A stretch of 27,592 bases of DNA, from assembly GCA_044869275.1 (NCBI GenBank), contig JBIOXB010000157.1:1-27592 (forward strand), given 5' to 3'. Positions 8,460-16,652 of the stretch are shown piece by piece (within the stretch, counting starts at the first letter, position 1; each line of letters begins with the position of its first letter). A model generated the notes under the pieces. It had not been told where the DNA came from. It did not search any database and was given only the letters and a program-made list of their open reading frames with translations. The DNA comes from a bacterium. Its GTDB lineage: Bacteria; Zhuqueibacterota; Zhuqueibacteria; Zhuqueibacterales; Zhuqueibacteraceae. Position numbers and translations under genes: made by a program.

Positions 8460-9164
8460 ATGAGTGAAACAATTCCACCAGCCCCACCGCTCCGGCTCGA
8501 GGCGACCAATGGCGCCACCGCGCGCACGACCATTCTTTTGATCGATGACGATCAAAGCTTGCACGAGTTGTGCAGGCACTATATGACTGCGGCCGGCTAT
8601 CGTTTGCTTTCCGCATTTGACAGCGGCACGGGTTTGGAGTATCTGCGCACGCAGCACGTCGATTTGGTGCTGTTGGATTATGTGCTGCCGGACGGCGACG
8701 GCTACGCACTTTATCGCGAAATGCTCACGCAGCCCGATTTGGCCGCCGTGCGCGATTTGCCCGTGATCATGCTCACCGTGATGCGCGAAAATCTCTCCCG
8801 GCGGCAGGAGCTATTGGAGCTGGGCCTCGCCATGTATTTGGAGAAGCCTTTTGGCGCGCCGGAATTGATCAAAGTGATCGACAATTTGCTGGCCGCGCCC
8901 GTGCGGCACGCCGGCCAAGACGCCACGCTGCCAGCGGCAAAGCTGCAAGATGAAAATCACAAGACACCGGCGGGCTTGCCCTTGCGCGAAGCGCGGCAAA
9001 AATGGCTGCATCAATTCGAGCGCCAGTATCTCGTCGATCTTCTCAAGATGTACAACGGTAATATCAGCCGCGTCGCCCGCCGCGCGGGTGTGCATCGCAT
9101 GACGATTTATCGCATGCTGAAGCATTACGAGATTCCCATCGCGTCCCGCCGCGCCGAAACCTAG
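8460..9164 (+). CDS. Response regulator: receiver domain + C-terminal Fis-type HTH, no AAA+ domain
   Basis: ILLIDDD, phosphoacceptor LVLLDYVLPDGDG, VIMLT, YLEKPF; tail FERQYLVDLLKMYNGNISRVARRAGVHRMTIYRMLKHY. Confidence 0.85.
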   Translation: MSETIPPAPPLRLEATNGATARTTILLIDDDQSLHELCRHYMTAAGYRLLSAFDSGTGLEYLRTQHVDLVLLDYVLPDGDGYALYREMLTQPDLAAVRDLPVIMLTVMRENLSRRQELLELGLAMYLEKPFGAPELIKVIDNLLAAPVRHAGQDATLPAAKLQDENHKTPAGLPLREARQKWLHQFERQYLVDLLKMYNGNISRVARRAGVHRMTIYRMLKHYEIPIASRRAET

Positions 9165-9213
9165 CCGCGGCAGCGCTAGCACTTCACAAACTTGCATCTA
9201 AGGGACCTCACTT

Positions 9214-9624
9214 ATGCGGCGACACGACGATCTCATGGAAGAGCGCGGACCGGCGCCGGAAAAACTCATCTCCGCCACGGCCACTGAAATTATGCGCCAT
9301 TGGCAGCAATCCGCTCCTGTGTTTCACGAAGAAGAATCCGTCAAGAAAAATCTCGTCCACAAAATTCTCAATCAGATCGAATACCAAGCCGCGCGCCAGC
9401 GCGGTCTGGTGACGATGGAGCCCGCCGAGATCGCAGGGGAGCTGGAGCGCTTGCCCGTGCGCGCGCTGTCGGCATGGTACGAGGCCCTGCTGGCGCTGTG
9501 CATCGAATTGATGCATGCCGGCGAGCCAGCGCAGGGGATCCGGATCTTGGATCGCCCCGCTTCGGCGTTGCGGAAATTGATGCAGTGCGATCCGGACTTC
9601 GACGCCCGCCAATATATTTTTTGA
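9214..9624 (+). CDS. Hypothetical protein, probably all-helical
   Basis: 136-aa ORF with AAGGGA RBS, natural amino-acid composition, co-oriented with and 49 nt after the regulator. Confidence 0.7.
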   Translation: MRRHDDLMEERGPAPEKLISATATEIMRHWQQSAPVFHEEESVKKNLVHKILNQIEYQAARQRGLVTMEPAEIAGELERLPVRALSAWYEALLALCIELMHAGEPAQGIRILDRPASALRKLMQCDPDFDARQYIF

Positions 9625-9732
9625 TCGCTCCAGGCTTGCCAAGGTTAAGGTTTAGGCGCCCGGCTGAACACCTGGTCAAGCAAATTCTTCCGTCTCTTTT
9701 CCCGCACCCCTGCAGAAATGCGAGCAATCCCC

Positions 9733-11868
9733 TCAATCCGAGGGCATGAGTTGCGCCAACGCGATCGCAAAATCCATCGCGGTTTGGTAGCGCGCTGTTT
9801 TGTCTTTTTGCAGGGCCTTTTGTATCACCTCATCGAATGCCGGTGGAACCCTGGTGTTGAGCGCAGACGGCGGCACAAAAGCTCCGGACACGATGCGATG
9901 CGAAATGGCCGCCATGGTATCGGCTAAAAACGGAGGTGTACGCGTGGCCATTTCATACGCGACGATGCCCAGTGCGAATATGTCCGAGCGGCCGTCGACT
10001 TTCTCACCCAGCATTTGTTCGGGAGACATGTAGCTGGGCGTGCCCAGAAGCGCGCCTGCCAGCGTGAGCTTCGACGAGAAGATATGCGCGACGCCGAAAT
10101 CCATGAGCTTGGCTGCACCTCCACGCGTGAGCATGACGTTCGCAGGCTTAAGATCCCGATGTACCACACCGTGCTGGTGCGCATACTGCAGCGCGTCACA
10201 AATGGGGAGCAGAATGTCAAGCGTACGGCCGAGCGGCAATGGCGCTTCGGCTTGAATGATCTCCTCCAGCGTTTTGCCCTCCAACAACTCCATCACCAGA
10301 TAAGAATATGGCCCGGCTTCGTCGGCGTGATAAATGGTCACGATGTTCGGGTGATTGAGCGCTCCGGCCGCCCGCGCCTCGTGCAAAAAGCGCTGCCGCA
10401 TTTTGGCGTTGCCGGAGGGGCTCAGTCCCGGCAGGGGGCGAATGGTTTTGATCGCCACTTTTCGGTTGATTGCTGGATCGAAGCCAGCGAAAATTTTTCC
10501 CATGGCGCCTTCCCCGAGCACGCCGGTAATTTCGAAGCGGCCAAGACGGCGCGGCATTTTTGCGGCTACGTCCAGTTCGAGCGCAGGCTCGCCGGCCATC
10601 GAAAACCGCCGCAAAACACATAACCCACCGGTCGCCGCCATCACCGCCAGTAAAAGCCCCGCGCTTTGCAGCCAAATCCTGGCGAACACAAATAACGAGA
10701 AGGTTGCGGCTACCAGCAGAAAGCACAAGCCCGCCAGCGCCAATCCCACCTGCAAAGGCCGAAATTTCTTGGCGAGGAAGGAGGCCAGCAGAATCAAAGT
10801 GAGCAAAGCGGCCAGTTCCATCCATCCTGCGGCGCGCGGGCGGAGAAGCATGTCTTGCGCGAGAATGTTCGAGGTCGAGGTCGCCAACTTTTCCACGCCC
10901 GGCATGCGCGCAGATACCGGCGTCTGCAAAAAATCCTGGGTGCCGGCCGCGGTGACGCCGATGAAAACGATTTTATCGCGCAGTTTATCCGTCTCCTGCC
11001 CTTGCAAAACCTTCATTGCAGAAATGGTGGGAAACACGCCGGGCGGCCCGTAATAATTGATCCAGCCGCGGCCTTGCGCATCGATCGGCACAAGCTGATT
11101 TCCCACTTGAATGCTTGCCCCGGCTTTCACCTGCACTTGTGCGCGCGTGAGCCGCTGGGCATGCATGGCGGCTTGAATCGGCAAAGAAGGGAAATAGGCC
11201 CGGGCATAACCCACGAGGTGATTTTCCCAGCGTGCGGCGTCGTCACCATCCATTTCATCCGGGAGCACATTGATGTGACCGCCCGGTGATCCGGCGGACA
11301 GCAACTCGAGGTCAGAATGATAAACGGCAAGCGCGTGCGGAATCGGCAAAGCGCGCAGGGCCTCGGGATGATCGAACAAAACAAAAGCGCTCGCGGCGAT
11401 GGGCTCAGGCAGGGGCAGGGCAGAATCCGCGGCAGCGGTGAAGCTTCCGAAATAGTAGGGCAGCAGCACGCTGCGGTTTTGTTGCTGGCGAAACTCGCGC
11501 ATGGCCCGCGCCAGCTCCGCCGTGCCTTCGTGATCATCCGATTTCCTGGGCAGAATGAAATCGCCAATCACTACGGCAGGGTGCGCCGCCAGCACGCCCT
11601 GCAGCAAGCTGGCGAGCGTGCGGCGCGGCCACGGCCACGCGCCCGTTTGCTGCAGGCTGGCGTCGTCGATGGCGACGATGCAAATCTGATCGGACGGCGG
11701 GATCGTGCCGCGCAGCTTGAACATCCAGTCGAGTTGGGCGTACTCGAGGCGTTGCAAGAAGGAAGAGAAGGGCAGGAGCCGCAGAAACCACAGCGAAAAC
11801 AGCAGGAGGGCGGCGCCCGTATATGCAGGCCAGATGAGTTTTCTCATGCGCGCGTCAACGTCCGGCAT
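9733..11868 (-). CDS. Membrane Hanks-type Ser/Thr kinase with extracytoplasmic CHASE2 domain
   Basis: TM; CHASE2 (ICIVAIDDASL..GAWPWPR, INYYGP, KIVFIGVTA, TPV..RMPGVE); 3 TM; intact kinase (GEGAMG, VAIK, HRDLKPAN, DFG, GTPSYMSPE, SDIFALG). Alternative start at 11847. Confidence 0.92.
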   Translation of the reverse strand: MPDVDARMRKLIWPAYTGAALLLFSLWFLRLLPFSSFLQRLEYAQLDWMFKLRGTIPPSDQICIVAIDDASLQQTGAWPWPRRTLASLLQGVLAAHPAVVIGDFILPRKSDDHEGTAELARAMREFRQQQNRSVLLPYYFGSFTAAADSALPLPEPIAASAFVLFDHPEALRALPIPHALAVYHSDLELLSAGSPGGHINVLPDEMDGDDAARWENHLVGYARAYFPSLPIQAAMHAQRLTRAQVQVKAGASIQVGNQLVPIDAQGRGWINYYGPPGVFPTISAMKVLQGQETDKLRDKIVFIGVTAAGTQDFLQTPVSARMPGVEKLATSTSNILAQDMLLRPRAAGWMELAALLTLILLASFLAKKFRPLQVGLALAGLCFLLVAATFSLFVFARIWLQSAGLLLAVMAATGGLCVLRRFSMAGEPALELDVAAKMPRRLGRFEITGVLGEGAMGKIFAGFDPAINRKVAIKTIRPLPGLSPSGNAKMRQRFLHEARAAGALNHPNIVTIYHADEAGPYSYLVMELLEGKTLEEIIQAEAPLPLGRTLDILLPICDALQYAHQHGVVHRDLKPANVMLTRGGAAKLMDFGVAHIFSSKLTLAGALLGTPSYMSPEQMLGEKVDGRSDIFALGIVAYEMATRTPPFLADTMAAISHRIVSGAFVPPSALNTRVPPAFDEVIQKALQKDKTARYQTAMDFAIALAQLMPSD

Positions 11869-12892
11869 TCAAATCCCGGTCTCGTAGCTGATTCCATCTC
11901 ACCCAACCGGCCTCCGCGCCTTGATCCGTGAAAGGCTGGGGCTCCCCCGGCCGGCCATTTTTGGCGATGTTGATCTCCTGCTGCGCGCGCACCAGTTTGA
12001 TCCAGGCTTCCAGCGTAATGCGTTGCGGCCCGGGCACTTGCTGCGGCGGTCCGAGGCGTTGCGGTGGTCCCGCAGGTTTGCTGCGCACTTCGACCGAGCC
12101 TTCATAGACGCGCACATTCGTGGTACTGTCCGCCGCTACGTGCGCGCGGTAGGCGGTGCCTTGTACGCCCGCGATCGCAGCGGGAAACTGCAGATCGACT
12201 TTGGGAGCGCGGTCGATGATTTTGGTCAGGCGCGTCCACACCGAGCCGGTCATGAGCTCCAACAGTCCTTGATAGCTCTCTTGCTTCTGTTGCTCGCGCG
12301 CCAGCTGCACGAGGCGCAAGCGCGAACTGGCCTCCAGCCGCAGCACGCTGCGCTGATCGAGCACCAATTCCGCGCGGCTGTCTTTGCTGGTGAGAATTTC
12401 ATCGCCGGGCCGCAGGACCAAGTTCAACACCGCCGGCTGATATTGCCGGTTTGTGCCGCGGTGATATTGCACCGTGCCTTCGAAAAATGTCAGCACCGCC
12501 AGTGCGGCGGAGCTGCGCAACGTTTCCAGGCGCGGCGCAGAAGCAGGAAGCGCCGGCAAATCCAGCGTGGTGCCGGCGGGGAGATTTTGCCAATCTTGAA
12601 TATGCCGGTTCGCCTTTTGCAGAATCGCAAGCAGTGAGTCGCTGTAGAAGCCATAATGGCGTAAAGCCAAATAGCTGATGGAATCTTGTGCGCGCACGGC
12701 GACTTTTGCGCCGGCGCTTTGCTGGATCAAAAGAGTAGCAACTGGCGCGGGGAGCAGGAGGGCGAGCGTCAAGAGCATCATGCCAACGGATAGCACCTGC
12801 CCCGAGCTCTTGGGAAACAAGCCAGCGGAGGATGGGCGTTTTATCCGCTGAGTTGTAACCAGCCGTGGGCAGTTTTTATCCGTTTGGGGCAT
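11855..12892 (-). CDS. Exported LysM-like + FecR-domain protein
   Basis: Hydrophobic signal MMLLTLALLLPAPVA; LysM-like VRAQDSISYLALRHYG...ILQKAN..I....LPAGTTLDLP; FecR-like LRPGDEILT..DSRAEL, GSVW, AGVQGTAY, VRVYEGSVEV. Start could be 12781. Confidence 0.8.
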   Translation of the reverse strand: MPQTDKNCPRLVTTQRIKRPSSAGLFPKSSGQVLSVGMMLLTLALLLPAPVATLLIQQSAGAKVAVRAQDSISYLALRHYGFYSDSLLAILQKANRHIQDWQNLPAGTTLDLPALPASAPRLETLRSSAALAVLTFFEGTVQYHRGTNRQYQPAVLNLVLRPGDEILTSKDSRAELVLDQRSVLRLEASSRLRLVQLAREQQKQESYQGLLELMTGSVWTRLTKIIDRAPKVDLQFPAAIAGVQGTAYRAHVAADSTTNVRVYEGSVEVRSKPAGPPQRLGPPQQVPGPQRITLEAWIKLVRAQQEINIAKNGRPGEPQPFTDQGAEAGWVRWNQLRDRDLNAGR

Positions 12893-12944
12893 GAAAGCTT
12901 TAGGCGCTTAGCTTTTCAAAGTTAGAACAAAAAACCTGAAAGTT

Positions 12945-13046
12945 CTTTGCCCACTGAAATGAAATCCCACCGAAAAGGCTCTTATCCTTCTGTGGGAGTT
13001 CTACTTTTGTGGGCGAGGCTTCTGAAGCTGCTCGAAGAGCTTCAGA
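12945..13046. other. Intergenic fold-back structure (long imperfect rod plus 9-bp hairpin)
   Basis: GCCCAC 12949/GTGGGC 13009, TCCCAC 12965/GTGGGA 12992, AAGG/CCTT; TCTGAAGCT 13021/AGCTTCAGA 13038. Confidence 0.55.
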
Positions 13047-13104
13047 TCTCAGCTGGTCTAGTAATCCAAGGTGGAAATTTACTGAACTTGATGGTCCGCT
13101 TCGT

Positions 13105-13758
13105 TCAAATTTCACGAAAAATGAATCGCCGGCTGCCGACCTCGAGGCGGTCGTTGAAAACCAGCACGGCGTTCATCACCGGTGTACCGTTCACGCTCAC
13201 GCACGGCCTTTCAGTTTCGCTGCAGATGTAGAATTCCTCGCCTTGTTGCATGATCGAGGCGCGCACGCCTGCGTCGCCGGGCACGCGAATATCGACCTCG
13301 CCTTCGTTGCCGATCACGGCTTTGCCGGAATTGAGCGTAAACACGGCATTGTTTGCCTCGTTGATCAACACGCAGGTGCGGGCTCCTGGCGGCAAGGGCT
13401 GAGGTTCATATTTGAAGAATTTGCTGGTCAAGCGTGCAACTTCGGAGGGCAACGACGCCGGCTCTTTCGAATCGGCATATTCCAATTGATACGCGCCCAC
13501 GGTGATCACGTCGCCGTCGGCCAGCGTGGTGCGCTGTTCCACGCGCTGGCCCTTGAGATAGACCCCGTTCGTGCTGCCGGCGTCTTCAATGGCAAAGCGG
13601 CCCTCTGGCGTGCGCGACACGCGTGCATGCACGCGGGACACGGTGAGATCCCCCAGCCGCAGGCCGTTCTCCGCGCCGCGGCCAATGTTCAACGTCTCCT
13701 GCTCAAGATCGATTTCGAGCAGCTGCACGTGGTCTTTCGTGATGCGAAGGCGCGCCAT
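13105..13758 (-). CDS. FHA domain protein (canonical FHA + degenerate second FHA-like domain)
   Basis: IGRG, VSRVHA, EDAGSTNGVY retain the pThr-binding residues. C-terminal AVIGNE...VSVNG...LVFNDRLEVG lacks the R and SxxH. Confidence 0.88.
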   Translation of the reverse strand: MARLRITKDHVQLLEIDLEQETLNIGRGAENGLRLGDLTVSRVHARVSRTPEGRFAIEDAGSTNGVYLKGQRVEQRTTLADGDVITVGAYQLEYADSKEPASLPSEVARLTSKFFKYEPQPLPPGARTCVLINEANNAVFTLNSGKAVIGNEGEVDIRVPGDAGVRASIMQQGEEFYICSETERPCVSVNGTPVMNAVLVFNDRLEVGSRRFIFREI

Positions 13759-13761
13759 GGT

Positions 13762-15486
13762 TCATTTCCCATCGGGCCTAAACCCATTGGTTATGGGCAT
13801 GCGCCGGTCCTTGCCGAAATTGCGCATGGTGATTTTCACGCCCGGCGCCGCCTGCCGGCGCTTGTACTCGGCGCGATCGATCATGCGAATGGTCTTAGCC
13901 ACGAGATCCGCGGGCAACCCACTATTCACGATTTCTGCGAAGCTGCGGTCGTTTTCGACATATTCTTCGATGATGCGATCCAAAACCTCATAGGGCGGAA
14001 GCGTGTCCTGATCAGTTTGATTTTCGCGCAATTCCGCCGTGGGCGGGCGCATGATGGTGCGGTCCGGAATGACGGCTCCGCGTTTTGCAGCCTGATTGAC
14101 CCAGTGCGAGAGCTTGTAAGCCATGGTCTTGGGAACATCTTTGATCACCGCGAAGCCCCCGGCCATGTCGCCATATAAAGTGCAGTATCCGACCGCCATC
14201 TCGCTCTTGTTGCCGGTGGTCAGCGCCAGCCAGCCGAATTTGTTGGAGAGCGCCAGGATCAAATTTCCCCGCACGCGGGCCTGCAAGTTTTCCTCGGTCG
14301 TGTCCGGGGCTCGGCCGGCAAAGGTTTCCGCCAGCACTTTCTGGTACGCGGCGAACGGCTCGTGAATGGGAAGCGTGATGGTGTGGAGGCCCAAATTGCG
14401 CGCGAGCGCTTCTGCATCTTCATTACTGATGCCGGCGGTGAAGGGGCTGGGCATCAAGACGCCATGCACGTTTTCTGCGCCCAGTGCTTCGACGGCAATC
14501 ACGGCAGTGAGCGCGGAGTCGATGCCGCCGCTGAGCCCCAAGACCACTTGTTTGAAACCGTTTTTCAGAACATAATCGCGGGTGCCCAAAACCAGTGCGG
14601 AAAAAACTTCCTCCAATTCATCTTGCCTGGGCGTAACCGCGGGCGTTTTCCCGAAATCATGCGGCGCGGCCATGGGTGCGGCGAGGCTGGCCGTCTCCAG
14701 AAAATAGCGGTCGCCGGCCTCGAAGGCGACCGGCGCGCGGCGCAGGGGGACGCTCAAGTCGGCAAAAATCAACTTTTCTTCAAAGGGCACACTGCGCAAG
14801 TGCAATTTGCCCTCGGGATCGAAAATCAAGGCCTGCCCGTCAAAAACCAGCTCATCTTGGCCGCCCACCATGTTCACATAAACAAAAAAAGTGCGCGAGC
14901 GCCGGGCAATTTGCGCCACCAATCGCTCGCGCTCTTCGCCTTTGCGTGAGTGATAAGGTGAGGCGGAGATATTGATGATCATATGTGCTCCCCCCACCGC
15001 GGCTTGAAATTCGGAAATGGGCGCGGGTGTCCAAATGTCCTCGCAAATGTTCACGCCGATTTTCAAGCGATTCCAGGTCAGGACCAGGGGCTTCTCTCCC
15101 GGTACGAAATAGCGCTGTTCGTCAAATACGCCATAGTTGGGCAGGCACATCTTGTGATAGGTCGCGGCCACGCGGCCCTCGGCACAGATGGCGGCGGCAT
15201 TGTAAACGTGAGCATTTTTTCTCTCGACAAAACCAACAATGGCGGTGAGATCGCGGCAGGCGGCGGCGACTTTCTGCAAACCGGCGGCATTGGCCGCGGC
15301 AAAATCTTCGCGCAGCACGAGATCCTCCGGCGGGTAGCCGGCCATTGCCAGCTCAGGAAAGACGATGAGATTCGCTTGCTGCCGCCGCGCTGCCTCGATA
15401 TAGTCGAGCAGGCGCGCGACGTTGTGTTGAAAGTTGCCGACGTGGGGATTGATTTGAGCCAGCGCGAGGCGTAGATTTTGAATCAT
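13762..15486 (-). CDS. nadE: Glutamine-dependent NAD+ synthetase
   Basis: Nitrilase-type glutaminase domain (FPEL..GYPPEDL, YHK..LPNYGVFDE, ICEDIW) fused to synthetase domain (LGLSGGIDS, ENLQAR, TGNKSE, GYCTLYGD, PPTAEL, EYKRRQ). Start at ATG 15486. Confidence 0.95.
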   Translation of the reverse strand: MIQNLRLALAQINPHVGNFQHNVARLLDYIEAARRQQANLIVFPELAMAGYPPEDLVLREDFAAANAAGLQKVAAACRDLTAIVGFVERKNAHVYNAAAICAEGRVAATYHKMCLPNYGVFDEQRYFVPGEKPLVLTWNRLKIGVNICEDIWTPAPISEFQAAVGGAHMIINISASPYHSRKGEERERLVAQIARRSRTFFVYVNMVGGQDELVFDGQALIFDPEGKLHLRSVPFEEKLIFADLSVPLRRAPVAFEAGDRYFLETASLAAPMAAPHDFGKTPAVTPRQDELEEVFSALVLGTRDYVLKNGFKQVVLGLSGGIDSALTAVIAVEALGAENVHGVLMPSPFTAGISNEDAEALARNLGLHTITLPIHEPFAAYQKVLAETFAGRAPDTTEENLQARVRGNLILALSNKFGWLALTTGNKSEMAVGYCTLYGDMAGGFAVIKDVPKTMAYKLSHWVNQAAKRGAVIPDRTIMRPPTAELRENQTDQDTLPPYEVLDRIIEEYVENDRSFAEIVNSGLPADLVAKTIRMIDRAEYKRRQAAPGVKITMRNFGKDRRMPITNGFRPDGK

Positions 15487-15563
15487 AGAGATAATCAAGA
15501 AACGTTTCGCCAGTTCAGAGGTGAAGCACAGCACGGTTCAACACAATGTATGCTTTTTAATCG

Positions 15564-15608
15564 AAAAAAGGAAGGAGACTGTGCGGGCATGGGCGATGCC
15601 TCAGTCCC
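15564..15608 (-). terminator. Terminator-like hairpin in the nadE upstream region
   Basis: Minus strand GGGACTG-A-GGCAT-CGCCC-ATGCC-CGCA-CAGTCTC followed by CTTCCTTTTTT. Confidence 0.45.
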
Positions 15609-15732
15609 ATGTGGCCGCGCAAGCTTCCTGCTTGCCGCCGGGATGACCGGGCCGCGTTTCTCAACCCATAGGGGGGAGATGATGCACTTGGCAGGTTTGG
15701 CGTTTGGCACATTCGCGAAGTTTTTCAAGGTA

Positions 15733-15766
15733 TAAACAAGAAGCCCACGCGTTCAGGCGTGGGCTT
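15733..15766 (-). terminator. Rho-independent terminator of the HU gene
   Basis: Perfect 10-bp stem AAGCCCACGC/GCGTGGGCTT, 6-nt loop, followed on the minus strand by CTTGTTTA; 27 nt after the HU stop. Confidence 0.75.
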
Positions 15767-15793
15767 GGTCACAACCTCATATGCCAAAAGCGA

Positions 15794-16096
15794 TTACTTT
15801 TTGCCCAGGGCCGCTTCTTTCGCTGCTTTGGAAATGCGGAATTTCAGCACGGTTTTGGCTGGAATCTTGATCGCCTCGCCGGTTTGCGGGTTGCGCCCCA
15901 TGCGCGCCTTGCGTTTGACGACCACGAGCTTGCCGATGTCTGGAACGGTGAAACCGTGCCTGGCCTCTTTGGCCGCAACTTTGGCCAGCTCTTGGAACCA
16001 TTCGGTGGTTTGCGCACGCGTCAAGCCAAATTTTTCGGAGAAATATTTGATGAGTTGGCCCTTGGTCATGCTCTTTCCTTCAGATGCACTTGCCAT
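15794..16096 (-). CDS. hup: HU family DNA-binding protein
   Basis: MTKGQLI, IGKLVVVKRKARMGRNPQTGEAIKIPAKTVLKFR; AGAGGAG RBS. Confidence 0.93.
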   Translation of the reverse strand: MASASEGKSMTKGQLIKYFSEKFGLTRAQTTEWFQELAKVAAKEARHGFTVPDIGKLVVVKRKARMGRNPQTGEAIKIPAKTVLKFRISKAAKEAALGKK

Positions 16097-16215
16097 AATT
16101 CACTTCACTCCTCTTTGCGGTTGTGATAAGGATACTGGGGGTTGAATCATGAGGGTCTTTGTGCTACCTGTGCGCAGAAGACTCATGAGTTTTGTGCGCA
16201 AAAAAATCATAAGCC

Positions 16216-16244
16216 AAGATATGCAGAAAAACCGGCCAAATCAA
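16216..16244 (-). promoter_or_regulatory. Putative sigma70 promoter for hup
   Basis: Minus strand TTGATT, 17 nt, TATCTT. Confidence 0.5.
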
Positions 16245-16544
16245 GCATTTTCTTGCTGGTGGCGTGATTTCGACCCCATTTTCAGCGGTTTTCCTCACGG
16301 CCACCTCGGCTAACCCGGCAGATTTTGCCGCGTTGCCGTAGCCGGCCCAGCTCAGGCCTGGCGCGCGTGGGGTTCATTTGGGATGAAGCTGGTTCAAATT
16401 GGCCCCGGAACGGGCGCTGGAACCGGCGCTGCGGGGCGGCGCAAGCAAAGTAAGTGATCCCCTGCGCCAGGCTGAACCTGATTTTGAGGTGAAAACAAAT
16501 CAACAAACACCTTCATAAATTTTTACCGGCCTGCAAAATTAATC

Positions 16545-16573
16545 TTGCAAATCGCAAAATGATCAGTTATTTT
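16545..16573 (+). promoter_or_regulatory. Putative sigma70 promoter for the H1-like gene
   Basis: TTGCAA, 17 nt, TATTTT within an AT-rich tract. Confidence 0.45.
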
Positions 16574-16652
16574 TTGTTTACGATTAAGGTGAAAAATTGG
16601 TTCGCATTCAATCAACCGCGACGCAATCAAATTAAACTGCATGGAGGAAGCG

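Noticed and set aside
12900..13115. 71-aa minus-strand ORF filling the FHA-FecR gap
   Set aside because: No clear RBS or motif, and the region is better explained by its fold-back structure. A small peptide cannot be fully excluded.
13009..14178. 389-aa plus-strand ORF
   Set aside because: Antisense to the FHA gene and nadE; no recognisable domain.
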